Positions 55,508-64,000 of a stretch of 64,000 bases of DNA are shown here, piece after piece. A model generated the notes under the pieces. It worked only from the letters and a program-made list of their open reading frames with translations, did no database searches and had not been told where the DNA came from. Both the position numbers and the translations under genes were made by a program. The stretch is from Acutalibacteraceae bacterium (GTDB lineage Bacteria; Bacillota; Clostridia; Oscillospirales; Acutalibacteraceae), in NCBI GenBank assembly GCA_045577395.1, contig JAZNIH010000077.1, forward strand, positions 13,651 to 77,650, given 5' to 3'. The first letter of the stretch is position 1, and each line of letters opens with the position of its first letter.

Positions 55508-57242
55508 TTTCCTTACCTCCCTTTATCTGTGAATAATAAACCTCTTTATAGATCTCGTTGCTTTCAATAAGCTCTCTGTGATTGCCGAAGCCTGTGATTT
55601 CACCGCCGTCAAGAACAATGATTTTATCTGCGTGCTCGATTGATGAAATACGCTGAGCAATAATGATTTTCGTGGTTTCGGGAATATAGCTTTTGAAGCC
55701 GTCTCTGATGAGGGCATCGGTTTTTGTATCGACTGCGCTTGTAGAGTCGTCGAGAATAAGTATTTTCGGCTTTTGCAGAAGTGAACGTGCGATACAGATT
55801 CTCTGCTTCTGACCGCCTGAAACGTTTGTGCCGCCCTGCTCAATATAGGTGTCATAGCCCTCGGGCATTTCACTTATAAAAGAGTCAGCCTGAGCGAGTC
55901 TGCAGGCATCAATGAGCTCTTCGTCCGTTGCATTCTCGTTGCCCCAACGGAGGTTTTCCTTGATGGTGCCTGAGAAAAGAACGTTTTTCTGAAGCACCGT
56001 TGCAACGTTTTTACGAAGTGAATCAAGGTCATATTCTCTCACGTCTCTTCCGCCGACCTTAAGTGTACCCTCGGTAACGTCGTAAAGACGGGATATAAGC
56101 TGTACGAGAGAGGTTTTTGATGAGCCCGTTGAGCCGATGATGCCTATGATTTCTCCGCTTTCTATACGGATATTCACATTTTTAAGGCAAAGCTTTTCCT
56201 TGTCACCCGAATAGCTGAAGCCTACGTTTTCAAATACGATGCTGCCGTCCTTAACCTCTGTTATTGCATTTTCGGGAGAGGTAAGGTCACTTTTTTCTTC
56301 TAAAACCTCACACACTCTTTCAGCCGCTGCACGTGACATGGTAAGCATAACAAAAATCATTGAAAGCATCATCAGGGTTGAAAGTATCTGCATTGTGTAG
56401 GAAATAACCGAGAAAAGCTCACCGGTCGTAAGCTCGGTTTCGGCAGAGTTTACAATCATTTTTGCGCCGAACCATGCTATGAGAAGCATAGCGGTGTAGG
56501 AGCTTACCTGCATAAGGGGAGCGTTATATGAAAGATAGAACTCCGCTTTTTTTGAAAGAGCATATATTGTTGCGGAAACGCCCTTGAATTTTTCGGTCTC
56601 CTTGTCCTCACGTACAAAGGACTTGACAACTCTTATTCCGTGGAGGTTTTCGTTGACAACGGTGTTGAGCCTGTCATAAACCTTGAACATCCTTTTAAAT
56701 ACGGGATGTGCCTTGGATACTATGAAGAAAAGACCTGCCGCAAGAAGAGGTATTATGCAGACGAAAATAAGGCTCAGCTTTTTGTTGATGCTCAGTGCCA
56801 TTGAGAGCGAAAAAATGAGCATGGCGGGGGAGCGTACCGCAATACGGATAATCATCTGATAGGAATTCTGAAGATTGGTAACGTCGGTGGTAAGTCTTGT
56901 GACAAGTCCCGACGGAGTAAACTTATCGATGTTTGCAAAGGAGAAGCTCTGGATATTATGGAACATATCGTGACGCAGATTCTTTGCAAAGCCCGAAGAG
57001 GCCTTTGCGGCGGTATCGCCTGCGGCAAAGCCGAAAAAAAGGCTGAAAATACAGAGAACGACAAGCATGCCGCCTGTTCTTAAAACATATCCGGTGTCAC
57101 CTGCATCGATGCCTTTGTCAATCAGCCAGCCCATCATAAGAGGAATAAGAACCTCCATAACCACCTCAAGTGAGATAAAAATGGGAGACAGTATCGAAGG
57201 CAGCTTATATTCTCTGACACATTTTGAAAGCCGTTTTATCAT
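55500..57242 (-). CDS. ABC exporter, fused permease/ATPase (heterodimer subunit)
   Basis: 6-TM domain followed by an NBD with GSTGSSKTS, VSGGQKQRICIARSL and ILDDSTS. Confidence 0.9.
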   Translation of the reverse strand: MIKRLSKCVREYKLPSILSPIFISLEVVMEVLIPLMMGWLIDKGIDAGDTGYVLRTGGMLVVLCIFSLFFGFAAGDTAAKASSGFAKNLRHDMFHNIQSFSFANIDKFTPSGLVTRLTTDVTNLQNSYQMIIRIAVRSPAMLIFSLSMALSINKKLSLIFVCIIPLLAAGLFFIVSKAHPVFKRMFKVYDRLNTVVNENLHGIRVVKSFVREDKETEKFKGVSATIYALSKKAEFYLSYNAPLMQVSSYTAMLLIAWFGAKMIVNSAETELTTGELFSVISYTMQILSTLMMLSMIFVMLTMSRAAAERVCEVLEEKSDLTSPENAITEVKDGSIVFENVGFSYSGDKEKLCLKNVNIRIESGEIIGIIGSTGSSKTSLVQLISRLYDVTEGTLKVGGRDVREYDLDSLRKNVATVLQKNVLFSGTIKENLRWGNENATDEELIDACRLAQADSFISEMPEGYDTYIEQGGTNVSGGQKQRICIARSLLQKPKILILDDSTSAVDTKTDALIRDGFKSYIPETTKIIIAQRISSIEHADKIIVLDGGEITGFGNHRELIESNEIYKEVYYSQIKGGKEND

Positions 57243-57243
57243 A

Positions 57244-57681
57244 TCAGTCGATCCTTTCTAAGTTAGTGTTGATTTTGCTCAGAACTCTGACAAAAACATC
57301 AAGCTCATCGTCGGTTATGCCCCTGCTGATGACCTCTTCAAATTCGTCAAGGCTTTTATTTACCGAATGCTGTATTTCAACTGCCTTATCGGTGAGGACT
57401 ATTTTTTTCAGTCTCGCATCGTAGGAAACATTCTCACGGGTGATAAGCCCGTTCTTTTCCATAAGCGAAAGCATAGCACTTGCCGTTGAGCGGCGGATAT
57501 TGAACTCCTGCTCAAAATCTTTCTGGAAAACATCCCTGTGTCTGTTGCACCACAAAAAGCCGATTGCTCTGCCGTGGTTACCTGTCAGGTTGTCAATATA
57601 GTCCTTGGTGGCACTGTTATCGAGCCGTCGGCGTATGAGCTTTGAGGTGCGGCTTATTTCAAAGCCTAATCTTTTTTTCAT
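57244..57681 (-). CDS. MarR-family transcriptional regulator (first gene of the exporter operon)
   Basis: 145 aa. Winged-helix pattern (RRSTASAMLSLMEKNGLITRE...DARLKKIVLT). Its stop codon lies 2 nt before the ABC gene start. Confidence 0.88.
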   Translation of the reverse strand: MKKRLGFEISRTSKLIRRRLDNSATKDYIDNLTGNHGRAIGFLWCNRHRDVFQKDFEQEFNIRRSTASAMLSLMEKNGLITRENVSYDARLKKIVLTDKAVEIQHSVNKSLDEFEEVISRGITDDELDVFVRVLSKINTNLERID

Positions 57682-57871
57682 AAAAAGCCTCCCAAAGATA
57701 AATGTTAGATAACGAACAATTTTTTAATATTATATACAGATTTTAAGGCGTTGTCAATAGAAGTGAGGTAAAGTTTTAGGAAAGATTGCATAAATATGAA
57801 AATTGTGTAAACTCTGTCTTTTAGGCTTAAAAAAACTAAATAAAGATTGAAATAAAAAATGTTTTATGGTA

Positions 57872-57894
57872 TATTAATTAACACTATTAATTAA
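57872..57894. promoter_or_regulatory. Candidate MarR operator: two TATTAATTAA boxes
   Basis: TATTAATTAA at 57872-57881 and 57885-57894 (13-bp period). Each contains the palindrome TTAATTAA. The boxes sit immediately upstream of the second MarR gene. Confidence 0.4.
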
Positions 57895-57895
57895 T

Positions 57896-58342
57896 ATGAG
57901 GAGGTATGCGGATTTGAATAAAGAGATTCTTGCAAAAGAGATAATTGACACCTTTGAAACCGTGAATACAGAGCGGCTTCTTGACAAGATAAAATTCACC
58001 GTAAAAGGTGAAAACATACTTCTTCTGATGCTTGACGATTTCTTCGGAGGTGAAAGCATACCGTCAAAGATTATTGAAAAGCTTGATTACAGCGCAGCAA
58101 GGCTTTCTGCGGTAATCAAATCACTTGAAGCAAAGGGATATGTGAAAACTATCCGTAACGATGAGGATAAAAGAAGCAAGATTATTGTACTGACCGACAG
58201 CGGTGCCGAATTCTGCAGAGAGCTGCGGTGTGAAATGACAAGGAATGCACTTGCGGTTGTTGAAGAGCTGGGTGAAGAGGATACGGCAGAGCTTTTACGT
58301 ATATTCAAGCGCTTCGCAGGAATTTATTCCGTTCAGCAGTAA
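57896..58342 (+). CDS. MarR-family transcriptional regulator
   Basis: Winged-helix pattern (SAARLSAVIKSLEAKGYVKTIRNDEDKRSKIIVLT). The true start may be TTG 57914, which lies 9 nt after AGGAGG at 57899-57904. Confidence 0.8.
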   Translation: MRRYADLNKEILAKEIIDTFETVNTERLLDKIKFTVKGENILLLMLDDFFGGESIPSKIIEKLDYSAARLSAVIKSLEAKGYVKTIRNDEDKRSKIIVLTDSGAEFCRELRCEMTRNALAVVEELGEEDTAELLRIFKRFAGIYSVQQ

Positions 58343-58356
58343 AGGAGATAAAACAG

Positions 58357-60972
58357 ATGAAAAAATTATCTAAAAAGCTTTTAAGTCTTCTGATGGCTCT
58401 CACGCTTATTGCGGCCTGTCTTGCACCTATGAGTGTCGGTGCGGTTACGTACCCTCAGGGTGTTACGCCTCAGCAGGCGGAGGACGCCATTGAAAATACA
58501 GATAAGCTTATAAGCGGATTTTTAAGAGAGGTCAGCAACACTACCCTGAGTGAGATGCTTATGCCTGAAATCTGTTCCGATAAGTTTATTTCCTTTATTG
58601 TGACAGAGATTTATAAGGCTCTCGAGGAAAATGCCGATACTCTTTCAACTCTCGGTATCAAGGCAGGATGTGCAGACGTTGCAAAATATCTTGCAAACTA
58701 TCCTGAGGTAGTGGCAAAGCTCAGCGGTGCTTCCTCGTGGGCAGGCGTTGACCTTACCGGTGTCAGCTGGGGAATAAACGGCAAGCAGGATTTTGTTGTT
58801 GCGGCAAGCTATGCCTTCGGTCCCCTCAACTCCATTCTTTACACTCTCTTATGCGCAGGAAACTACGACCTTCTTCTTGTTCTGGGTGTCAAGGGTGAAA
58901 TGGGCTATCAGAATTCAATCATTCCCATTTATGAGACCCTCGGAATGACAAAGTATACAGACCCTCAGACCTTCTGTAACGATGCGGCAGGTAATCTCTA
59001 CACAATGATTCCGCACGTGCTTATCGATATTCTTAATTATGTCGAGGAAATTCTCCAGTCTCCCGCAATAATGCTCGCTGAAAGACTTCCCGCTATCGCT
59101 TACTTTATCAACAACGGCGGACTTGAGACGGCGATTGAAAAGCTTATGGCACCTCTTAAGATTTCTGTTCTCGGCGTTCCTCTTCTCAATATTGATACCT
59201 TTGTGGATCTGAGCGCGCTTAACGGAAGCATAAATCTTGATTTCAGCTTTGACGGAACCTCATTTTCCGGAATTAAAATAGCACCTATCGACCTTGCAAC
59301 CTTTGCTTCCTGCGGCACCGTAACCGACGGAACCGTTGTTGCAAACAAGGCCGACGTATATATTGAGTTTCTGAGACTGGTTATTGAATCCCTCAAGCTC
59401 AGCAAGGATTTCATAATAAATATTGCTAATGAAAACGTTGAAGCGGGAACGGTTGACCTGAGTACGGTTATTACCAACCTTCTTGCAAAGCCCACGGACG
59501 AGATTATTGCTATTCTTGTCGGTCTGCTTTCCGCCCAGAAGGGCGAGCCCAACAACTATCAGTGGTCATTCGCTACTCAGGAGGATGCAACGGTTGTCTA
59601 TACTCCCAACCTCAATCACGATTCCTATATCAGGGTAGTTGAGGAAATGGACGGACTTCTTAACGATATCGTTGCCGAGGGCGGTGAGGTCACAACCCTC
59701 AGAGAGATGCTTCAGCCGATGCTTTATTCAAATAAGCTTCTTTCCGACGTTGTTCTCAAGCTTTACTCACTTCTTGAGGATGAAGAGATGAAGAGTGTTA
59801 CAGCACTTCTCGGTGTTGAGCTTTCACCTGAGGCTATCGCACAAAGTCTTAAGGAATCACAGTTCAGCTCTGTGGCTGCTCAGCTCAAGAACTTCTCGTC
59901 ATGGAGCTTCGTTAAATCCGAAAGCCTCTCCTGGGGCTTCAGCGACGGTGACAGAGAGGGCTTCGTAAATGCAGTCAGCGCCGTTCTCAGACCTGCAGAC
60001 GAGCTTCTCCGACTTCTTCTTGCAGCGGACAAGATAACCTTCCTTGATGCCGTTGATTTTTACGGCAGCGACGGATACAATACGGCGATTATTCCCTTGC
60101 TGGAGGCACTCGGCGTTTATGCTGACGATATTCCTTCTTACGATGAATATCTGAACACCATCAAAACTCAGGATGCTATCAAGCCGGTGGTTACCTCAAT
60201 CTGCACTCTTATCGAAAGAGTTCTCGATAAGCCTGTTTATACCATTACCGAAATACTTCCTAACTTTATGTATTTCCTTAATAACGGCGGCCTTGAAATC
60301 TGTATAGAAAATCTTTTCTATCCCGCAATGACGATTCTTGAAAAGCTCGGCATTTCCGATATGATAGACCTTTCGGCTCTTTCAAACATCAATGTAAGTG
60401 CTCTTGTCAACGATCTTTTCGTCAGTCTTGATTTCCCCTTTGCCGTTCCCGAGCTTAACCTTTCTCAGTTCGAGGGTATGGGTGAGCTTGTAACGGTACC
60501 CTCCAAGAGAACTCAGGGCGGTTCAATGATTCAGATTTACGCCGTCAGAGCCGATCAGCCCGAGGTTGCGGCAACTCTTATCCGATATCTTATAGAAATT
60601 GTCAAGCTTCCCGGTAATGAGGGCGTTATAGATTCACTTCTTGACAGCCTTCTTAAAGAAGCGGGAGACAATGAGCTGGTTGTTTCCTTTGCTCAGGGTA
60701 TCGGCGCAGACGTTAAGGCTATGACTGTTGATGAGGCGGTCGAGTGGCTTTATAAGCTCTTCTTCAGAGAAAGAGTAGTTGTTGAAGTAACCGAGCCTGA
60801 CGATTACGTTCCCGACGTACCCGAGTATAAGGGCGGTAACGATAAGCTCGTAAAAACCGTGCTTACGGTATTCGGTGTAATATTTGTTGCTGCGGCAATG
60901 GTTGCAATAATCAACAGAGATAAAATAAAGTATTACATTGAGGAAAGAAAAAACAAATCCGAGGAAGATTAA
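58357..60972 (+). CDS. Large surface protein of unknown function (871 aa): N-terminal signal/lipobox, internal duplication, C-terminal TM anchor
   Basis: - Good RBS (AAAGGAGA).
- Signal sequence with LIAAC and SVGA-VT sites.
- Two homologous modules of about 300 aa (aa 63-345 and aa 448-755).
- C-terminal hydrophobic VLTVFGVIFVAAAMVAII followed by a K/E-rich tail.
- No family recognised. Confidence 0.7.
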   Translation: MKKLSKKLLSLLMALTLIAACLAPMSVGAVTYPQGVTPQQAEDAIENTDKLISGFLREVSNTTLSEMLMPEICSDKFISFIVTEIYKALEENADTLSTLGIKAGCADVAKYLANYPEVVAKLSGASSWAGVDLTGVSWGINGKQDFVVAASYAFGPLNSILYTLLCAGNYDLLLVLGVKGEMGYQNSIIPIYETLGMTKYTDPQTFCNDAAGNLYTMIPHVLIDILNYVEEILQSPAIMLAERLPAIAYFINNGGLETAIEKLMAPLKISVLGVPLLNIDTFVDLSALNGSINLDFSFDGTSFSGIKIAPIDLATFASCGTVTDGTVVANKADVYIEFLRLVIESLKLSKDFIINIANENVEAGTVDLSTVITNLLAKPTDEIIAILVGLLSAQKGEPNNYQWSFATQEDATVVYTPNLNHDSYIRVVEEMDGLLNDIVAEGGEVTTLREMLQPMLYSNKLLSDVVLKLYSLLEDEEMKSVTALLGVELSPEAIAQSLKESQFSSVAAQLKNFSSWSFVKSESLSWGFSDGDREGFVNAVSAVLRPADELLRLLLAADKITFLDAVDFYGSDGYNTAIIPLLEALGVYADDIPSYDEYLNTIKTQDAIKPVVTSICTLIERVLDKPVYTITEILPNFMYFLNNGGLEICIENLFYPAMTILEKLGISDMIDLSALSNINVSALVNDLFVSLDFPFAVPELNLSQFEGMGELVTVPSKRTQGGSMIQIYAVRADQPEVAATLIRYLIEIVKLPGNEGVIDSLLDSLLKEAGDNELVVSFAQGIGADVKAMTVDEAVEWLYKLFFRERVVVEVTEPDDYVPDVPEYKGGNDKLVKTVLTVFGVIFVAAAMVAIINRDKIKYYIEERKNKSEED

Positions 60973-60987
60973 CAGGAGGAAGCTAAG

Positions 60988-63729
60988 ATGCTCATAATGA
61001 AAGATGTAGTCAAGGACTACGTTACCGGTGACAGCAGTCTCAGAGCTATGAACAACGTCAGCATCAATTTCAGAGAGAACGAGTTTGTTGCAATTCTCGG
61101 CCCCTCAGGAAGCGGTAAAACTACGTTGCTCAATATCATCGGCGGCCTTGACAGATATACAAGCGGTGACCTTATCATCAACGGTAAAAGCACAAAAACC
61201 TTTAAGGATGAGGATTGGGATACCTACAGAAACCATTCAATCGGTTTCATTTTCCAGAGCTATAATCTTATTCCCCACCAGACCGTTCTTGCTAACGTTG
61301 AGCTTGCACTTACCCTTTCGGGTGTCGGCAAGACAGAAAGAAGAGAGAGAGCAATCAAGGCTCTTGAGCAGGTAGGTCTCGGTGACTATATCAATAAAAA
61401 GCCCAATCAGATGTCGGGCGGTCAGGTGCAGAGAGTTGCAATCGCCCGCGCCCTTATCAATAACCCGGACATTCTTCTTGCCGACGAGCCTACAGGTGCT
61501 CTCGACAGTGAAACCAGCGTTCAGATTATGGACCTGCTTAAGGAAATATCCAAGGACAAGCTTATCATAATGGTTACACATAACCCTGAGCTTGCACACG
61601 AATATGCTAACAGAATCGTCCGCTTCAAGGACGGCAGAATGGTTGACGATACCAACCCCTACGAGCCTGAGGCTGCTGATTTCCGTTATGAAAGGGCAAA
61701 GGCTGAGGAGGAAAAGAAAAAGGGCAGAAAGCCCTCAATGAGCATGAAAACTGCCTTCGGTCTTTCTCTTCGTAACCTTATGACCAAAAAGGCAAGAACT
61801 ATTCTTACTGCCTTTGCAGGCTCAATCGGTATTATCGGTATTGCGCTTGTTATTGCTCTTTCAACGGGTATCGAAAATTACGTCGGACGAATGCAGTCAG
61901 ACGCCCTTCTTGCATATCCCTATTCTATTGAGCGTGAGGCTGTCAATACCACCACTATCATGAACAGCTTTTCGGCATTGATGGCGACCACGACCTCTGT
62001 GGACCATGATAAGGATCATATTTACGTCAATACTCTTCTGAGCGAGATGCTTAACACCTTCGTTTCCGAAAGAGACGTAAACAACGTCGGTGCCTTCAGA
62101 AAGTTCATTCTCGAAAATCAGGATAAGTTTGACGAAATCTGTAACGACATACAGTACAGATATACAACACCGCTTAATATTTACCGTGCCGATACGGATA
62201 ACGGAATACTTCACGTTAACCCCAATACTCTGCTTGAGGACTTCCAGGGCGTTGACCTTATGAGTATGATGGAGGGTATTACGGGTACAACAATCCTTAA
62301 TGCCTGGTACGAGCTTATCGGTAACGATGATTTTATCAAGCAGCAGTATGACATTGTATACGGCAGACTTCCTCAGGCTAAAAACGAGGTAGTTCTCCTT
62401 CTTGACCAGAACAGTGAAATTACAGAGTTCGTGCTTTACGGCCTCGGTCTTCGTGACCAGAGCAAATTCTCTAACGACCTTATGTCAAGCCTTGCAGGTA
62501 CAGACGTGCTTGAGGGTGAGCAGACGGTTTATACTTATGAAGAAATCTGTAAGCTCAAGTTCAAGCTCGTTCTTCCCGTTGAGCTTATGCAGAAGGACCC
62601 GAAAACAGGCGTATGGAAGGATAAGAGCAATGACCCCGACTTTGTTAAGAAGGCTATTGATAACGGCCTTGAAATCAGCATCGTAGGCGTTCTTCTTCCC
62701 AATGAGGATACTGTTTTTTCACTCGGTACAAACGGTCTCGGCTACAGAACGGAGCTTATGGAATATGCTCTTGAAAAGACCGAAAACTCACAGGTTGTTC
62801 AGGAGCAGCTCAATAACCCCTCCGTTGACGTGCTTACAGGCCTCAGGTTCAATACCCTTACAGTTAACGATTTTGATCTTAAGGATATTGATTTCAACGA
62901 CATAGATATGACCTATCTAAATCTTGCTCCCTTTATGAGCCTTGTTGAAAACGTTGACCTTTCAAATATCAACATTGCCGACCTTTCCTCAACCCTCGGC
63001 TTCGGTGATATGACCGATCTGCAGAAAAAGCTTATTGAGGGATATCTCAGCGACGAGCAGGTGCTCGCACTCAAGCAGGCTTACGTTGATACGATGAACG
63101 CAAAATGCTCATATGAAAACACTATGAAAATTCTCGGATATGACGGAGTCGATAATCCCACGTCAATTTACTTCTATCCCAAGAATTTTGAACAGAAGGC
63201 AGAGGTTACCAAGATTATCAACTACTATAACGAGCAGGTTGTTGCTGACGGTCATCCCGAATATCAGATAACACCCACCGACGTTGTAGGCTCAATGCTT
63301 GAAACCATCCTCAGCGTTGTAAATATTGTAACCTATGTGCTTGTTGTATTTATTGCAATTTCGCTTATTGTTTCGTCGGTTATGATAGGTATTATCACCT
63401 ACATATCTGTTCTTGAAAGAACAAAGGAAATCGGTATACTCCGTTCAATCGGTGCATCGAAGGGAGACGTTTCACGAGTCTTCAATGCGGAAACGATAAC
63501 GATAGGTCTCGCAGCAGGTATATTGGGTATTATTTCCACGTTGATTATGGAGATGCCCATAAATATACTGCTGAGGCTGCTGACTAATACGGGCGCCGCG
63601 GCATCGCTGCCGGCTGAATCGGCATTCATGCTTATCGGTATAAGCGTTGTGCTTACCTTTGTTGCGGGTCTTGTTCCTTCGTCCATTGCGGCAAAGAAGG
63701 ATCCTGTTGAGGCTCTCAGAACTGAATAA
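60988..63729 (+). CDS. Fused MacB-type ABC transporter (N-terminal ATPase, 4-TM FtsX-family permease, extracytoplasmic domain of about 480 aa)
   Basis: [24 protein letters not shown] and LLADEPTGALD in aa 1-225. TM1 at aa 271-294. Long non-hydrophobic region at aa 295-775. C-terminal FtsX-type TM2-4 with RTKEIGILRSIGASKGDV. Confidence 0.88.
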   Translation: MLIMKDVVKDYVTGDSSLRAMNNVSINFRENEFVAILGPSGSGKTTLLNIIGGLDRYTSGDLIINGKSTKTFKDEDWDTYRNHSIGFIFQSYNLIPHQTVLANVELALTLSGVGKTERRERAIKALEQVGLGDYINKKPNQMSGGQVQRVAIARALINNPDILLADEPTGALDSETSVQIMDLLKEISKDKLIIMVTHNPELAHEYANRIVRFKDGRMVDDTNPYEPEAADFRYERAKAEEEKKKGRKPSMSMKTAFGLSLRNLMTKKARTILTAFAGSIGIIGIALVIALSTGIENYVGRMQSDALLAYPYSIEREAVNTTTIMNSFSALMATTTSVDHDKDHIYVNTLLSEMLNTFVSERDVNNVGAFRKFILENQDKFDEICNDIQYRYTTPLNIYRADTDNGILHVNPNTLLEDFQGVDLMSMMEGITGTTILNAWYELIGNDDFIKQQYDIVYGRLPQAKNEVVLLLDQNSEITEFVLYGLGLRDQSKFSNDLMSSLAGTDVLEGEQTVYTYEEICKLKFKLVLPVELMQKDPKTGVWKDKSNDPDFVKKAIDNGLEISIVGVLLPNEDTVFSLGTNGLGYRTELMEYALEKTENSQVVQEQLNNPSVDVLTGLRFNTLTVNDFDLKDIDFNDIDMTYLNLAPFMSLVENVDLSNINIADLSSTLGFGDMTDLQKKLIEGYLSDEQVLALKQAYVDTMNAKCSYENTMKILGYDGVDNPTSIYFYPKNFEQKAEVTKIINYYNEQVVADGHPEYQITPTDVVGSMLETILSVVNIVTYVLVVFIAISLIVSSVMIGIITYISVLERTKEIGILRSIGASKGDVSRVFNAETITIGLAAGILGIISTLIMEMPINILLRLLTNTGAAASLPAESAFMLIGISVVLTFVAGLVPSSIAAKKDPVEALRTE

Positions 63730-63755
63730 AAAAACCGCCTTCGGGCGGTTTTTTA
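63728..63755 (+). terminator. Rho-independent terminator
   Basis: Stem ACCGCC / GGCGGT with a TTCG loop, flanked by AAAAAA and TTTTTT. Confidence 0.85.
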
Positions 63756-63790
63756 AATGCAGAATGCAAAGTGCAAAATGCAAAATTGCG
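63756..63790. repeat. Five tandem heptamers, AATGCAR-like
   Basis: AATGCAG AATGCAA AGTGCAA AATGCAA AATTGCG, read directly from the sequence. Confidence 0.7.
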
Positions 63791-64000
63791 CCCGACTCGA
63801 GGGGTAGAGGGTAACTTCTGCCCGCCCCTTTCAGGCTCTTAGGGGCGGCTTCGCCGCTATGCAGAACGTAGAAGAAAAATCTGCAGAAGGCATAAAGGCA
63901 TTCTCTGACGTAAATCTGCTAATATTGTAGGAGACTCGAGGCATTCTTTTACGTAAATCTGCCCGTAGCGGTCTGTTTAATATAGATACAAGTAAGGCAG

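Noticed and set aside
63756-63790. A tandem repeat that might be mistaken for a CRISPR or minisatellite array
   Set aside because: The units are only 7 nt with no spacers, and no cas genes are present. I report it only as a simple repeat.
1-64000. Search for tRNA, rRNA, tmRNA, RNase P, SRP RNA, integrases, transposases and toxin-antitoxin pairs
   Set aside because: I saw no T-arm (GGTTCGAATCC-type) sequences, no rRNA-like stretches and no recombinase motifs. Apart from the regions listed, the intergenic spacers are short and are accounted for by promoters and terminators.

Overview
This 64-kb window looks like core chromosome from an endospore-forming Firmicute of class Clostridia. That assignment is an inference from gene content (spoIVA, spoIIR, yabP/yabQ), AGGAGG-type ribosome-binding sites and codon usage; no database search was run. 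I call about 55 protein-coding genes at high density. I found no rRNA, tRNA, CRISPR array, transposase, integrase or phage genes. In order, the recognisable content is:
- potABCD polyamine ABC importer, recQ, then recJ-relA-dtd.
- An MBL-fold hydrolase and a HemZ-like radical SAM enzyme.
- The Bacillus-like block yabM/spoVB-like flippase, mazG, HU, yabO, yabP, yabQ, divIC/ftsB and yabR, followed by spoIVA.
- tatD and metG, an M28 peptidase and a ketopantoate-reductase-family gene.
- An OmpR/histidine-kinase pair next to a cytoplasmic glycan cluster (GH36 alpha-galactosidase, NahK-like kinase, beta-helix protein).
- hpf, a THUMP RNA methyltransferase and spoIIR.
- An ACP / HAD / glycerate kinase / mmsA group.
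- thrS with a Thr T-box leader, rpiB, tsaB-tsaE and an ftsW/rodA-family gene.
- A bacterial GH3 (JAR1-like) adenylating enzyme.
- Two divergently arranged MarR-controlled export loci.

Nothing resembles a known defence or mobile system. The candidates most worth a second look are:
1. The MarR / 871-aa internally duplicated surface protein / 913-aa fused MacB-type ABC operon (57.9-63.7 kb).
2. A 400-bp noncoding island bounded by a perfect 14-nt inverted repeat and packed with tetraloop hairpins (39.0-39.4 kb).
3. An orphan ACP next to a HAD protein with a DxN motif and a glycerate kinase.
4. A secreted lipase/LCAT-like protein with Cys in the nucleophile elbow.
5. The orphan GH3 enzyme and an orphan condensation-like acyltransferase.

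All functional calls come from motif recognition by eye and should be confirmed by HMM or BLAST searches.
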